From: Halocafeteria seosinensis
Lineage: Eukaryota
Reading direction: 5' to 3'
Assembly (NCBI GenBank): GCA_001687465.1
Contig: LVLI01000370.1
Span: 1-55,390, forward strand
Length of the DNA stretch: 55,390 bases
The notes under the pieces are model-generated. The model did no database searches and was not told the origin of the DNA. It was given only the letters and a program-made list of their open reading frames with translations. Shown here piece after piece: positions 1 through 13,075 of this stretch (within the stretch, counting starts at the first letter, position 1; each line of letters begins with the position of its first letter). Position numbers and translations under genes: made by a program.

Positions 1-299
1 GTTCCGTAGATTTCGAATAAATCGACCTACCATGGTATCGTCGTGCTCTGTAGCTTCCCATAAAGTAACCATACGATCATCTCCTCCCGTCACCAGTGTC
101 TTGCCATCCGGCAAAAGACAGCATGCTTTTCCCTGTTAAAAAATAAAAATCCGTAGTACGAGTCATGAAAATAGATGCAAAATGACACTAGGTTTGCGTT
201 AACTCTTTAGGACAAGGCATCATTACGTACACCGCCTTCTGGATATGGAAGAAGTTCTGAGCTGAGCTTGTACGTGTTCGAACCACCAGCTGACGCCAT
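1..299 (-). CDS. 5' part of a WD40-repeat protein, possibly PLAA/DOA1/UFD3 (runs off the window edge)
   Basis: ATG at 299. Exon 299-231 (MASAGGSNTYKLSSELLPYPEGG), GT-AG intron 230-133, exon 132-31 (GKACCLLPDGKTLVTGGDDRMVTLWE), then a GTAGG donor. LVTGGDDRMVTLWE is a WD40 signature, and YKLSSEL resembles the PLAA/Doa1 N-terminus. Confidence 0.6.
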
Positions 300-595
300 G
301 GTTCCCTTGCCAAGACAACCACCCGAATGCTTGTACACTAGCCTACTTTGGCGTATAATGCAGTCTATATACAGTACATGTGTCCATCATCTTCTACATA
401 CATCATCAGCATCGAATTCTCCTCCAACCTAGAAGGAAACTTTGTTTCATTGAAGTTGAGGTATCGGCAAACAATTTGAAACAAAAGTTTGTCGTCGTCA
501 CCTTCCCTTCTAATAAACGGCCAGAGGATCGGTGTTTGAAAATTGGTTGCAAATTGACTGATAATGGCGTGTTATACGTAAGGTAGAGGAGAAAA

Positions 596-1674
596 ATGCC
601 GACCAGTAGTACAGCGAGAGCCACGCCTCTCTCCACCACAAAGAGGAGAGCCCCTGTCGCGCCTGTAACGGGAGCACCGGGCACTATACGCAAGAAACGC
701 GCGGGAGTCTCGGGAACTACTGCTACTAGCACCGGAAACAGACCTTTACAGTCTTCTACAGCAAGTAATAAAGCCACATCGGTGGATAGCCAAACAGCCC
801 CGCCACATGAGGAAGGAAAGCGAAGGAAATTAGGAGAGGATAGTGCAGAACAAGAAAATTGTGGAGGCAATACAGGGGCTGAGAGACCCGCCTCCAAGGA
901 GGATGGAGCGCAAAAACCAAGTATGTCGTTTGGCCGAGTCTTTTCTCCCTCACTTGCTTGAATTTGTGTGGTGTTTGCCGGCAGAAATCGTTCTTTCGGA
1001 CTCAGAGAAAAATATGACCGTGGAGCAATACTTGACGTCCCAGGCGGAAACGCTTCGTCAAGCCGTGCTAGATACAGCGGAGGAGCAGGTGCAAAAACTT
1101 AAAGAAAATTTTGCAGATGAAAAGTCACTTATGCAAGAAGCCATTCAAACACGGATCAACCAGGAGCACGTGGCAGAGAAACAAGGTAGAGAGAGAGTAT
1201 GCAAGATCCATGATCAAGGCTGCAACACTTGCTACTTTTTGTATGTGTTACAGGCGCCAAAGTCCAAATCAGAGTGACTATTCGCATCACTGAAGGACCA
1301 CACCAGGGATTCGAGAAAGAACTAGAGCCAAAGCAAGGCAAGGTAATACCAAAAGTAGGAAGATCCACTGGTAAGCTCTTTGTAAAGCATGGAATTAGTC
1401 TACCTGAGGACGGCGAAGTATCTACGACACATGGCAAAGTAAGAACACTATTAAGTCTATGTCGAATCACTTAATTAGCTAGTTTGCTAGAAAAACGCAG
1501 TTCGAAGCTAAACAAGGTAGCCTCTACTTTCAAGATGTTGGAAGTACCAATGGTACATTGATCAACTCAAAAGAAGTGGATGCGTACGACCCTCAAAAAC
1601 TCTCAGAGGGCGATGTTGTTCAAGTCGGACAGAGCCGCATTGTCATAGAGAGCATTTCCAAATCCACGGAATGA
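596..1674 (+). CDS. FHA-domain protein with a disordered N-terminus and coiled coil (4 exons)
   Basis: Introns at about 921-984, 1186-1253 and 1439-1500 join the listed ORFs. The spliced C-terminus carries FHA motifs VGRS, VSTTHG and QDVGSTNGT, and ends IESISKSTE-TGA. Confidence 0.85.
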
Positions 1675-2089
1675 GATTTCCTTCCAGCGCATAGTAGATT
1701 CCCTTCTCTTTAATACACAAGCAGATGCAGTTGAATACGGTACTCAGAGGTGCCCATATTCGTATACACGTCTCTGTCTTGGGATCGACTAGCTCATAAA
1801 TGCCATACTGTATAAGAATTGCTGCGCTTGCGTTTTGTCCTACTCAACCGTGTAGCGTATGTTTTCTATCATTCTGACGTCATCCTCACCGTGTAACACT
1901 TCAATGATGTTTCAGAGTACAAGGTGAACTGCTGCAAAGAAGTGTTGAAAGTCGGGCTAAAAACTTCTTGACTTCTAGAACAACTGGCGGACGAACTTGT
2001 TACTCACGGTCAAAACTAATATTCGATGCCTTTGACTCAAAGAGGAATGCCTACATAGCTACTAAGGACGTGTGCGTAGACATGGGATC

Positions 2090-2775
2090 GTTGGTACAGG
2101 TCTATTTGCAGACATGGCTACAATACCTTCGTGGGGATCTCTTGACATGAGCCGGTGCAAGCAAACTACGATTACATGTACGGACCTCGCGTTTCGACAT
2201 GTGTCTAACTTAACATCACTAAAGATGAATGGCTGCATTCATCCAACTATGATAATCTATGCAGCCTTTCCACATCTGCCAAAGTTAAGGTCCCTTAGAA
2301 ATGATGTGTTGCCGAGAGTTCAAGATACCCGATTTTGCTTTTGCCCACTTGCCCAAATTAACGTCATTGGCGATGGAATTTTGCAAGTATTCCCCGATTA
2401 CGGATATGGCGTTTCAACAACTGTCCAACTAGGTGTCACTAAGTATGACCGGTGAGTTTCAAATCACGGAATCTGCATTTAAACACTTATCAATTCGACA
2501 TCGCTGTGTATGAGTGAATGCAATCAGCCAACTATCACAGTTTCTGCCTTTCGTCATTTGTCTAAACTGAAGTCACTGGACATGCACTCCTGCAATCAGT
2601 CAACAATCACAGGATCTGCGGTTTCGCACATGTCCAATATGACGTGGCTCGATATGAGTCGATGCAATCAGCCAACAATTGCAGATTCTGACTTTTGGCA
2701 TTTGTCCAATTTAACTCAACTAACTATTACTGATTCTGCCTTCCATCCCGGCATCAAGATCATTCTTACTTGACA
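2090..2775 (+). pseudogene. Decayed intronless leucine-rich-repeat gene
   Basis: About 8 copies of a roughly 25-aa unit SLxMSxCNQxTITDxAFxHLSNLT, spread over different frames. There are at least two frameshifts (near 2295 and 2495) and an in-frame TAG at 2430-2432. Confidence 0.8.
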
Positions 2776-3129
2776 TGCTGATCGCTGGTTTTTGTTTCTG
2801 GCGGTCGAGTATTACGATATGCCATAAAGCGTACTTACAATACTCCCGAAGAGCTTGAGGCTCCATAGCTTACGGTTATCAATCGAGAAAGCATATTTAC
2901 CCTTGAGCATAGCTCTAATGAACCACACACTTGGGAAATCTACGGCGTTGCCCGTCTACCCTGTGGAGGCGCTCACCCTTTTTGGACTGTCGGTCAAAAC
3001 GCTCTAACCCCAGTGTGGTTGGGAAGCCTACTCGACAAGCCCCCCCCGGGGTACATCATGGAGGATAGCAGTGCATTGTCCGTCGGTCCCCACACCATTC
3101 CTTCTCCAATGGAACTCGCCGCCCTATGT

Positions 3130-4066
3130 TCAATGTACAGGGGTTTTGCCACGTATCCACTTCCTTGCATCGCCAATATATTGGTTGAAGTTTCTCTCAA
3201 CATATTTCCATATTGACTTCGAATGTACAAGCTCCATATAATCATGGGATAAGCCTTCATATTTTCCCAGAGGTTCCATTTCAGTCGACTGGACAACTAT
3301 TTTAAGAGGGGGAAGCTGGTGTTCTATTCCTGAACCGGTACTTCTAGGGTCCTGGATACTACCATTTCCTTGAGAGATAACTGTTTGGATGTGGTCGCTT
3401 ATCCGGTCGAGATCCCCGATTAGTTTTTTGGCTCTAGCTGTCGGACTTCCATGTCCCTTCGGGACGCCTTCGTCGTGACACAGCATTATCGTCGGGACTC
3501 CGGCTGCAAGGTACGCGAGCATGTCACTTGGTCGGTCCCCAATGCCCAAGATGAACTTTTTCCCCTGTTTCTTCAGCTCGCATACCTCGTGATACTTGAA
3601 GTATGCTCTTGTTTCGTCCCTAGGGTGCATTTCCTTCGCCAAGACCAACGGTGTATCCTCCAGACCGTGCCGTTTAAGCCATCGTTCCGTATGTTTCCGA
3701 GCGAGGCACCAACGCGCACTCAGCACGAGGAAGTCTACTCCGTGCCGTTGCTTAATCTTGTGTAGAGCTGTCACAGCATCCGGGTAAGGAATTCCTACTC
3801 GACCTGATGGAATTGTGTACATGTGAAGGCGGTCCACCCAGCGTCTCCTGCTACCACGAAGCACGTGCATAGAGGGGTCATGGTCGAGACATTCCAATCT
3901 CGGACGCTACAACGTACCACTTGCCTGTGTTTCGGTACAGAAGCGTCTCATCCAAATCCAAGATGACTGTCTCTTTCATGGTCTCTGTGGAGCACCAGCA
4001 TCGTTGTTGAACAGAAGTGCTTCCTCTTCGGAGGAGAGCACCAATTCGACCATACACCACAGTCAT
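3130..4066 (-). CDS. HAD-superfamily phosphatase, LNS2/lipin-C-terminal-like; possible mitochondrial presequence
   Basis: Exon 1 has HAD motif I (VILDLDET). A phase-2 intron at about 3917-3851 follows. Exon 2 has VLSAR (motif II), a Lys in YFK, and GIGDRPSDMLAYLAAGV (motif IV). The N-terminus is Arg-rich. Confidence 0.7.
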
Positions 4067-4299
4067 ACTTAATGATTGGGCATACCAAATGCTAGCTACG
4101 ACTCGTACGATCAAACCATCACTACCACGCTAACAACCATATATTGACGTTTACGATACAATATGATTGAGCTTCATTGAAGTCAAATTGTACATTGTAC
4201 AACAATTGTATTGTAGAGCGCGCACCACATGATTGTTGCTTAGCGTATGTGGGGTTGTGTGGTGAATAACATAGTATTTGGTGTTGGCAGTAGAAAAAA

Positions 4300-5338
4300 A
4301 TGAGTAGCAGCAAGGAGGAGGAGAGTGGGGGCTTTGGCCTGCTGAGTGCAGTGTACGGAAGCTCGTCCGACGAGGAGGAAGACGAGGAGGAGGAGGAGGA
4401 ACATGGACATGTACAGAATGAGCTCGAGTGCACTGATAATGTCGCCGATAGGACAGAACAGGAGGAAGACCAAACGTCCTCGAATGAACAGGGAACTGCT
4501 AGAGCTGTAGGGAAGCGTTCCCAGCAGGAGGATGATGCTGCTATAGAGGGGCCATACAAACGAAGTCGAATATCAGAAGACTCGAGTGCAGGAGCATCTA
4601 CTTCTCATGCGAATACGGTTAGCGCTAGCAGCAGCCACACTGATGCTCAACCCACAGCACCGGTAAGTCTCGACAGAAGTTACACAAACTGCCGGTATTG
4701 TCATTGTCAATATGGGTATGCAGATGATGACACCAGAACAGTATAGAGTTTGGCTTCAAAACTATTGGCAGTATCAAGGGACACCTCCGCCGCCTCATCA
4801 AGGCATGGCTCAACCTCATCCTCAGAGTCTGCAATATGCGCAGACAATGTTCTCGACGCCGCTGCCAGAACCTGACGAGGTTGGTCAAACAACGGCCCAG
4901 CCTACATCCGGCAGTGGCCAGCAACATCGACAGCGGACGGGTACATCTCAGTCGCATAACTTGCCTGTAGCGCCGGAGGTTTGGCGTCATATGGATAAAG
5001 TAACAAAGAAGCAACTGATGGAAGCTCAAAAACAAGGTGAAAATGGACCGTCCCTGACTCAAGTCCACGCCAGTGATGTACAAGGCTCATTTGACCCAAG
5101 ACAATTTTATGAGCAACGACTAAAAAATGAACAGGCCAAACAGACCATTGGGGGCAAGGTGTGGAATCCAGCTGCGGGGTCAGCTCAGCGTATTAGTCAG
5201 GCGTCCAGGACGCAGAAACAGAAGCACCAAATTAACCATTTGGCGGAATTATGGAAGTCTCAAGAGAAGGATATCCAGCACAAGGAAGCATCAAGTAGGA
5301 AGACGAAAGCACAAACATGGGCAAAGTATGGCTGGTAA
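4300..5338 (+). CDS. PRCC: PRCC-like protein (proline-rich, MAD2B-interacting family)
   Basis: Exons 4300-4662 and 4724-5338 join in frame. The N-terminus LLSAVYGSSSDEEE and the C-terminus KQKHQINHLA...KTKAQTWAKYGW match the PRCC terminal motifs. Confidence 0.85.
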
Positions 5339-5653
5339 AGAGGAGATGGTGTATGCTTGTAAAAGCGTAAGTACATTCTTTGCTGCTCCGGGCTGTGTAA
5401 TAGACGAGGTATTCTTCTGATACGTATTTGTACATCCAGGTTTCCTCAACCCTTCAACTATTTATTTCTTTTTCCTTTTACTGGACTTCCTTGTGGTGGC
5501 ATTTGTGGAAAGTAACCGTCGTGCCTTCAACTGTTTATGCCTTCGCAAATTCCTAAAGCATCCTTGTGCCTGTTAATAGGAACTCAATCGAACAACTATA
5601 GCGGGTACAGCCCTACGGATAAAAGGGTTTTCTACCCTGCCAGTCGAAAACAA

Positions 5654-8600
5654 TCATGCGCGATTCGAGGACAGCGAGGGAGGCAACGAAGAATTCTGCC
5701 GGTCACTTGATGATGGCCAATAATGAAAGACAGGCGCTTTGACCTCCTTTCCTATGCCGGTATCAGGGCATGCAGCGACAGTCAGTCCCTGTTTTTCGGG
5801 CGGTTGTCTCCTCACCACCATCTCCCTCGGAGCGAGCGTTTGATACACTCTGATGGTGCAATTCGCGAATAGTCTCTTGTATGTTTCGTCTCCACGCTAC
5901 TGTTTCTTCGGCATTGGAGCAGTAGAAATACAAGGGTTTCTTGTAACCGTGCAGCGCAAATGATGTGCGAATTTCCCTCTTTGCAAGAACGGCTGGATTT
6001 TCTTCAAGTGTTATCCCATCCAGCCGAAACACGCCATGTGGATGATACTTAGAGCCCAAAACATTACGAGTACCGTAGACCAACATGTCCGAAAATAGCC
6101 ACATGTTGTATGTCCTCAGTTTGCCTGCTCCTGCCCGACAGGCCTTCACAACGGGGCCTGCATATACAATTCTTCTCGACGAGTTTTGCCGCAATAGTGT
6201 ATGCGTCTCATTCTCGAATTGTGTGACTGTCTTGATGAAGTGCTGAACATCCCACTTGGAAGAGAAGTGCTCTTTGATACTTTGCACAACCTCATGGGAA
6301 GTAGTAATTATCTCGGGAACAACATCGTTGAAGGAAGACTGGCGCGTAGGGGTTTCCTTTTTTTTCCGGCGCAGTTTGAACGTTTTCGTCTTGTGTTCAC
6401 TGACAGCTTCAGGAAATACGCGTGAAATTAAGTTGTTGAGATCTTCAACCGTTGCTCTCGAACTCTTAAGCTTCCTTGGTGGTTTCCAAGATTCCTTATC
6501 TTGAGAACAAATGAGTGTTTCGGCTTCCGAAAATATCCCCAGCAGCTCAACTGTTTGATCAGCCTGTTTTAATAGTACAGCCGAACACAACAAATGATGA
6601 ACTATATCAAGCATTTCCGACACGGTAGTGTAATCTATATGAAAATGAACTCGATTAACAAATGCACCGGTAGCATGCCGCCTGACGGACTCCAAAATAT
6701 CTTTGACCATGTTAATTACAGGCCGCAGGATATCAAAAAATAGCATCAGCACCGATGATACTCCAAAGGTGGACGCTCGGATGCTGGCGTGAATGGAGGA
6801 TTCATTGTCGAGGGGCAAGGAGTGTCCGTTGCTTTGATCCGCAATGTCGTCGACACTTATGACGGCGTCATTGAGCATTTTCCTGAGGAACTTCGTAGCA
6901 CGACCTCGTACAGATGCTGTCAACGGAGTTTCTGCTGCTTCATGGTTTTCTTCTAGTTCATTCTTCAGTGCGAGACCCAACCGTTGCATAGCTGTTCCAT
7001 TGGACTGTAGGAAAGTTGTGATCCCCGAAACTGTATCCTTGGCAAACCCTTTTCCAGCGGGGTCTGAGCGACAGAATACGGACAAACGTTGAAGCGACTC
7101 CAATGAAGAAGCGACAGTGTTCATATCGTGCAAAAGCGAGTCAAAATAGCGTGAACTGATACCGACACTATTAATGAACTGTCCGATCTGCGTGAATGAA
7201 CCCAATGGATCTTCACCATCCTCTGTTGACCGTCCAGAGATCCGAGATGAATCCTCATATGGCTCCAGCACGGCCAATTCATCATTGTCACTATTCACAA
7301 ATGTCTTCCTGTCCGGCTTGATTGGCCTCTCCGAAATATCATGGTAGATCAACGAGACAAACTCCTCAGGTAGCGGTTTTCCATCGTCTGCTTCCTTTAC
7401 CATTGCCTTGAAGCCGTCAAACGTCGGCGGTGGCCCAGCACGCGTAGCAGATGGATTATGGACTAACGTGTTCAGGAAAATAGCAGCGTAAGAGACCACA
7501 TAACATACATCTTTATTAGATGGCCAAAGACGACCCTCACTATCGGTGCGTGAGGCGATACCCTTTGATACTTCGTCCGATTCGGGGAAGAAGCGCCGAT
7601 TCTGCATGTAATAGGCCGAGCCGAAGGCTTCCGAGAACCGATCAATTACCTGTCCTTCCCCACCAAGCTGGAAACCGCCTTCCTCCAGGCAATGCCGCAG
7701 AGCTTCCATAAATGGACGATTCCTTAGATCGAGACCCAGCATCCAAAGCAACCTTCGGGAGCTGGCAGCCTCTTCAAGCTGCTTTTGCGGCACGGTTGAG
7801 TGAGGTAGGGCACCACTGCCTAGGATTTCGCCCATGTCACCCTTGCTCCAACACAAAGAGGTCGACTTAAGGAACTCCACTTGGGAGAAAGCATCTCCAC
7901 CGTATATAGGGCCATCCTCTGTAGCTTGCTTCAGCGCCTTTTTCCCGTTCTCCTTGGCCAGAAGCAAGCAAGGAAGGAACTTCTCTTCAAAGTACGAGTA
8001 TGACGCATAGGACCACAACTGTAACACAAGAGCACGGTCCATTGTTCCAAACAGCCTGTCAACATCTCTATCACTGAATTCATTCTCCGTATCCCGCAAC
8101 ATATCAGATGCGCTATGGGGAGAGGAAGGACGTGTTTGTGCGCTGGTTTGGCGATTGAACATACCAAGAAACCGCGTACTCTTTGATGTTGAGTTCGGAG
8201 CCCCGTCTGCAAAACGAGCCTTTCTTAATTCATTTAGTTCAACGCTCCTCACACGCTGATGCGACCTCGGCGGGGTCCTTGTTTCTGGCTTACGTTCCTG
8301 AGAGCTCGCCCACGACCCCGTAACGTCCGCGTCTTGAGAAATATTCATGAAACCCATTACGTCCCTGTCCGTGTTTGTATGTACATGACTTACTACAGCA
8401 GGGGTTTTCTCATTTGGTGAAGTTCCACTCTCCCAAGATTGAGAAAGCGCGGTATACGACGCCGTTGCCGCAGAATCCATGAGGATCCTCGTCACGACAC
8501 GCAAAAAATGAAGGCCTTCACGTCTAAAGCTAACTGTGTGCTTTTGCTGAAGGTGTGGGATGCTGTCATCACATTCGGTGCTTTCTGATTCCCGCGACCG

Positions 8601-11600
8601 CTGCAGAATATCTACCCAGTCCACGCTGCTAAAGCCACTAACCGCAAACGTAATGCTACGTATAATCATAAGCAATGGGCGAGCAAACGGGCCTAGGGTG
8701 CTCTGAAAAAAAGAAGGAGAATCGGCATCTAAGGAGTTGCTTTGTTTCGGGAGACTGCTTTCTCCAATGAGAGACCTCAACATCGATCGACCAGCATGCA
8801 AGTCAAGCAACGTGTAGAGTCTCAGCAGCTCGTGAGGAACTTCTAGCCAATGCATTAATGTCCTCAGTACTTCAAATTTTCGGTGCGTTACCGCTCGGTT
8901 TGTGCCCTGGCACAACAGCGGTGCCTGTATGAACACTTGGAAGAGCGAACTTAGTTGGGAAGGTAGGACCGACCGAAACGAGTCCCACAAGAGTCTTAAA
9001 CACTCCAAGCACGGTAGAAACAAGCTAGAATCGCAAACAAGCTGGGAATGGCCCAGTGACATTAACGAAGGAATGACAAAACACTTCATACACATTGTTA
9101 GGAAACATGAATGAGCGGTCTCTATCAATGCAGGGAGCCGTTCAAGTAGTTTCTTCAACAGTAGTAGCCCCATTCTCAATGACACCAACATGCTGACACG
9201 CTGTTTCCGGGCCCAGTGAGTATCCGTTCTGAAACTATCTAAATCTCCACCGACAGATGATACGACGGCTCGTGGTGACAGACTACGGCAGATCATCGCA
9301 AAGAAGACTGCTAAATCCCCATGCACTGAAGCTGCTGTGCTGCTGCGTAGATATTTCATCCAGTCGCGACGGGGATGACTTGGGAGAGATTCCGTGTCTG
9401 ATTCAATTTCTTCAACGCCAACATCCGACATAACCCATCCCGAGGAGCAATGCCCGATTTCTTCGCCAAGTGAAGAGACAATGGCATTTATATCCAATGC
9501 GAAGAGTGAAGAGGCCGACGAGTGGGACCAAAAAACAGAACTCAACGCATCACTGCAGGCACTTACATGACGCTCTCCAAAGAACTCGCCATCCATATTA
9601 CGAAATCCACAGTGTTGGATACCATAGACAAAACTCTCAATAAATTTGTAAGCAGCTCTCCACGACGTTACTATAGACCGCCGCGCGTCGGCGACATCCA
9701 ATTCGAGCTGTTTCATAGCGAACGCATTACCTCTGCCTTGTGAACGCTCTGATGCTGACTTCAGAGACCGATACTTTTGCTCACAAAACACTATTGCACC
9801 GAAGTGCAGTCCAATTAGCCGATGCCATGTCAAAGGTGAGAGGCCACGCAGACTATTCGCCCCAAGAAGGAAATCGCACTTGATTACCGCTTCCGAAAAG
9901 GCGCCGATAAACTCATGGATTTCATTCATTATCGTGTGCGAGGCATCGCTGATAGTAGCCACCACATAGTCTATAATAACACGAGCATTCTCCAGAGCAT
10001 ACGGGTTCAATGGTACACTCTCATCTTCAGGAACAAGTCCAAATTCGATTATACTGGTTAGATTGGCGAGGGCTAAATGCAACAATTCTGTCCTTCTTGA
10101 ATACAATGCAGTAAGAAATGGAGTCAGCGCTGCAGCGGCGGGGGATGAGTTCCAACTTCGTTCCCCGTCGAAATCATCGTCAGAGGTGCTTGCAGGATAC
10201 CATCGAGCTGCAGTGAGGTTCTCATACGACGGAGTCTCCATGAACGCTGCAACACCAGTTGAAACCCACTGAATTGCGTTCAAATGTTGAAGCGGATCAG
10301 TCAGTATGAGCAAACTCTTCATGTCTTCCACCTTCCTGAGAGACTCTTGCGGGGGAGACGAGGATTCTGGGCCATCCGGAGTGCCCTCGGTCGCATCGAT
10401 ACCACCACTACTTTCATATATAGAGTGATTAACCGATTCCCCGCTGCTGTCGTCATCGTCTTCTTCGGAAAACGTTGCTTCTGTTCCTGAGGGAATTCGC
10501 TCTGTGTTAATCGTCCCCTCTGCATTTGCATTTGCCTCCCCCTTTTTCCTTCGTGCCACCCAGAATGCAGATACACTTGAGAGCACGTCGATATTTCCAT
10601 TTGCTTCGGACACAGTTGGAGAAGACGAATAGTACTGAGTTCCATCTGGAAGGCGCTCATGCGAGCAGGGCCAAACACGGAAGCTTCTAAGGTGCTCTCC
10701 AGAGTACGAGCCCTCAATCCGGACTTTCTCAGGAGCCGTTGCAGAGTTGCTGCGCTCATGATGGACAATTATAGGTAATAACCACGTAAATGTGTGAGGA
10801 AATGAGCTATCGTGGGACGGGACATCCAAACTGATGTCGGGGAGTTCAGCGGTTCGGATACACTCTGAGTTTGATCGCTGCCTGTCGAGAGCCGAATGTC
10901 GCCCTTGCACCACAGAATCGTCTGTAGAGCGGCATATTTTCGACGATTGTAAGATTTCACAAAGCCCTTGGCGAGAACAACCCAATCGCATATAGCGGAG
11001 ATGGGACGTATTCTTTCGCAGCGCTAGGAAGGACTGGTGTTCATCTCCAGTAGGGAATCCGGCCGAGTGCCCATATAACGTGTTCGACACACATGTCCAC
11101 CCTTGAGGAAGTACTTCCTCTCCTGTGGAGGACCCTTCATTCACGTTTGCTTGCACAACACCAATAGAAGCAAGTACACTCATCCTTTGGGCCGAATTCT
11201 CTTCAAAAGTACCCTCAGCGTCCTCAGAGCCAGCAGTGGCAGATTTCAACGACAATTTGCTGAACGTCCTCGGGAACGAAATATCATCCTCGCGGATCCC
11301 TACCGCCATACTATTGGATCTCTTTTTTGGAAGCTGTTCAGTATCATCGCCCCCAACGTCTGTTGAAACATTATGTAGGAAGGCAGGGCTTGATGCATCA
11401 ATGGTTCCACGCCTCTCTTTCTTTGCCTTGCCCTTCTTAACGTTCTTAGATCGCAAACGGTCCCTGCTACCTGGGTCAACGAGATCACTGTATATCTTCG
11501 ACGCATTTCGCCGATCCCGATTAGGAGAACCGGCTGGATGACACACGGTGATACCCGTGATAGGACTTCCTGGAAGCTTTGTAAAACACAGATAGGCTAC

Positions 11601-12605
11601 TTTGTTTACACTTTTTTCGCCGAACAGATTCGCCGAGTGACTTGTAGAAGTCCTTGTAGCACACTGAAATCCAGAAGGAACAAATTCTCCGAAGTCGGAG
11701 CGAACCACTATTATTCCGGTGATCACTCGTCGCTTGCACGCTAGCGGATGGTCTCTTCGGACACAGAGATAGGTAGCCTTGCCCGTATTACCCTGGGTGC
11801 CATCGTGAAGCCACTTCGTATAGTTTGAGCTAACATACTTGCGCTCATCTATACGAGCTTACCTTGTTCAAATTCGCCGTATACGCTCCAGTAGCACTAA
11901 GGAGGATCTGTATAAGCAAAGAGGAATGGAGTGCACCGGGAGTTAAACGAATGAAATACACGTATCCGTTCAACAAACAGAATCTTACTCTGTCATATCC
12001 ATCTGGCGGATGGTCATTACCGTAGGCTATCTTGATATCCGTTATTGGCCAATGGGGAACAGTATTATCTACAGGGGCGTACACCGGTAACTCCTCCTCT
12101 GCTTCGTCTTCGACACGGTCGGAGTTGTCAGACGTTCTGAGAATCTCACACGTCGCCTCAGCTTCATCCCCAGAGGAAACCGACCGCTTTCGCATGCTCT
12201 TTCGCGTGTTACTTCTAGATCCTGAAGATTCTTTCCTATTTCCCTCTTCAGATGCAGGCCTATCACTGTGAACTTTGCCTTCCTCCTCCTCTTCTTCTCG
12301 GTGGGCCATAGCATTCTCAGCGAGTTGGACTGAATTTTGCTCCTCGTTCGATTTCCGGCTTCTCCTGCAGGAGACGTTACTCTCATTACAGAGCCCACAC
12401 TGAACTGCTTCCGCTTCAATCTGCACAGATAAGGAAAAAAATACTGCCATATATAGGCACCACACAGCAGTAAAATACGTCTCTGGAAACACACTCCACG
12501 CACCTGCGAGAACGCTCCAGCTGCTGAGACATCATTGGTGGCCAGAGTTCGAGCAGCCTCCAGAAGGGTCGATACACTGTCTCGAGCACGCACTAGCGAT
12601 TCCAT
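5654..12605 (-). CDS. Large ARF guanine-nucleotide exchange factor: MABP + helical region + Sec7 + PH
   Basis: A 1987-aa ORF plus three upstream exons. MABP repeats: PITDIKI...PPDGY...ANLNKG...YLC and ITGII...VPSGF...ANL...YLCF. Sec7 motifs: FQLGGEGQVIDRFSEAF and YVVSYAAIFLNTLVHNP. C-terminal PH domain: WLFSDMLVYG...AWRRNI. Start and 3' end are uncertain: the stop is at 5763 if unspliced, 5654 with one more intron, and a further exon near 5570-5462 is possible. Confidence 0.8.
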
Positions 12606-13075
12606 TGCTTTAATTCTGTAAAAGATACTCGGCAATGGTATTTATTTATGTCGGCGCTATTGATGCATTAACCATGGCGTGGATTCCTCGGATCCAGGAC
12701 GTAAAACAACCTGTGTGTCGCGAGGGGTGAGCAACTCCAACCCTTCGCACAGTGGAGAAGGAGAGGAGCCCTACAAAAACGTCCTCTAGCGGATCTCTAC
12801 TGCTGTACATGCCATTGAAACTTGATGAGTGAGTGCGCCAAGAAGCCAAGTCAAGTCGACGAAATGATTATTGTTGGAGAGAACTGTGTGAAATGATTGA
12901 CGTCTCCAAAGAATTCAAATGGGTGAAAATTCAAATTGTACGTGGACCAAAATGGCGTATTGTCTCCAGTATAGGGGCGTAAGTAAGTGATATTGAGTAG
13001 ATCCGGCTATTCATGAGGTGGTCACGTTTTTGCGGAGGTGATAGAAGCTAAAGACTTGTGTTGGTGGACGAGAAG

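Noticed and set aside
3900..3930. Possible GC-AG intron (ACAG/GCAAGT) in the HAD gene
   Set aside because: Its phase is incompatible with the available acceptors, whereas the nearby GTACGT donor restores the frame.
6201..11744. Many short plus-strand ORFs opposite the Sec7 gene (and similar ones opposite other genes)
   Set aside because: They are antisense shadows of long coding exons with no independent signal.
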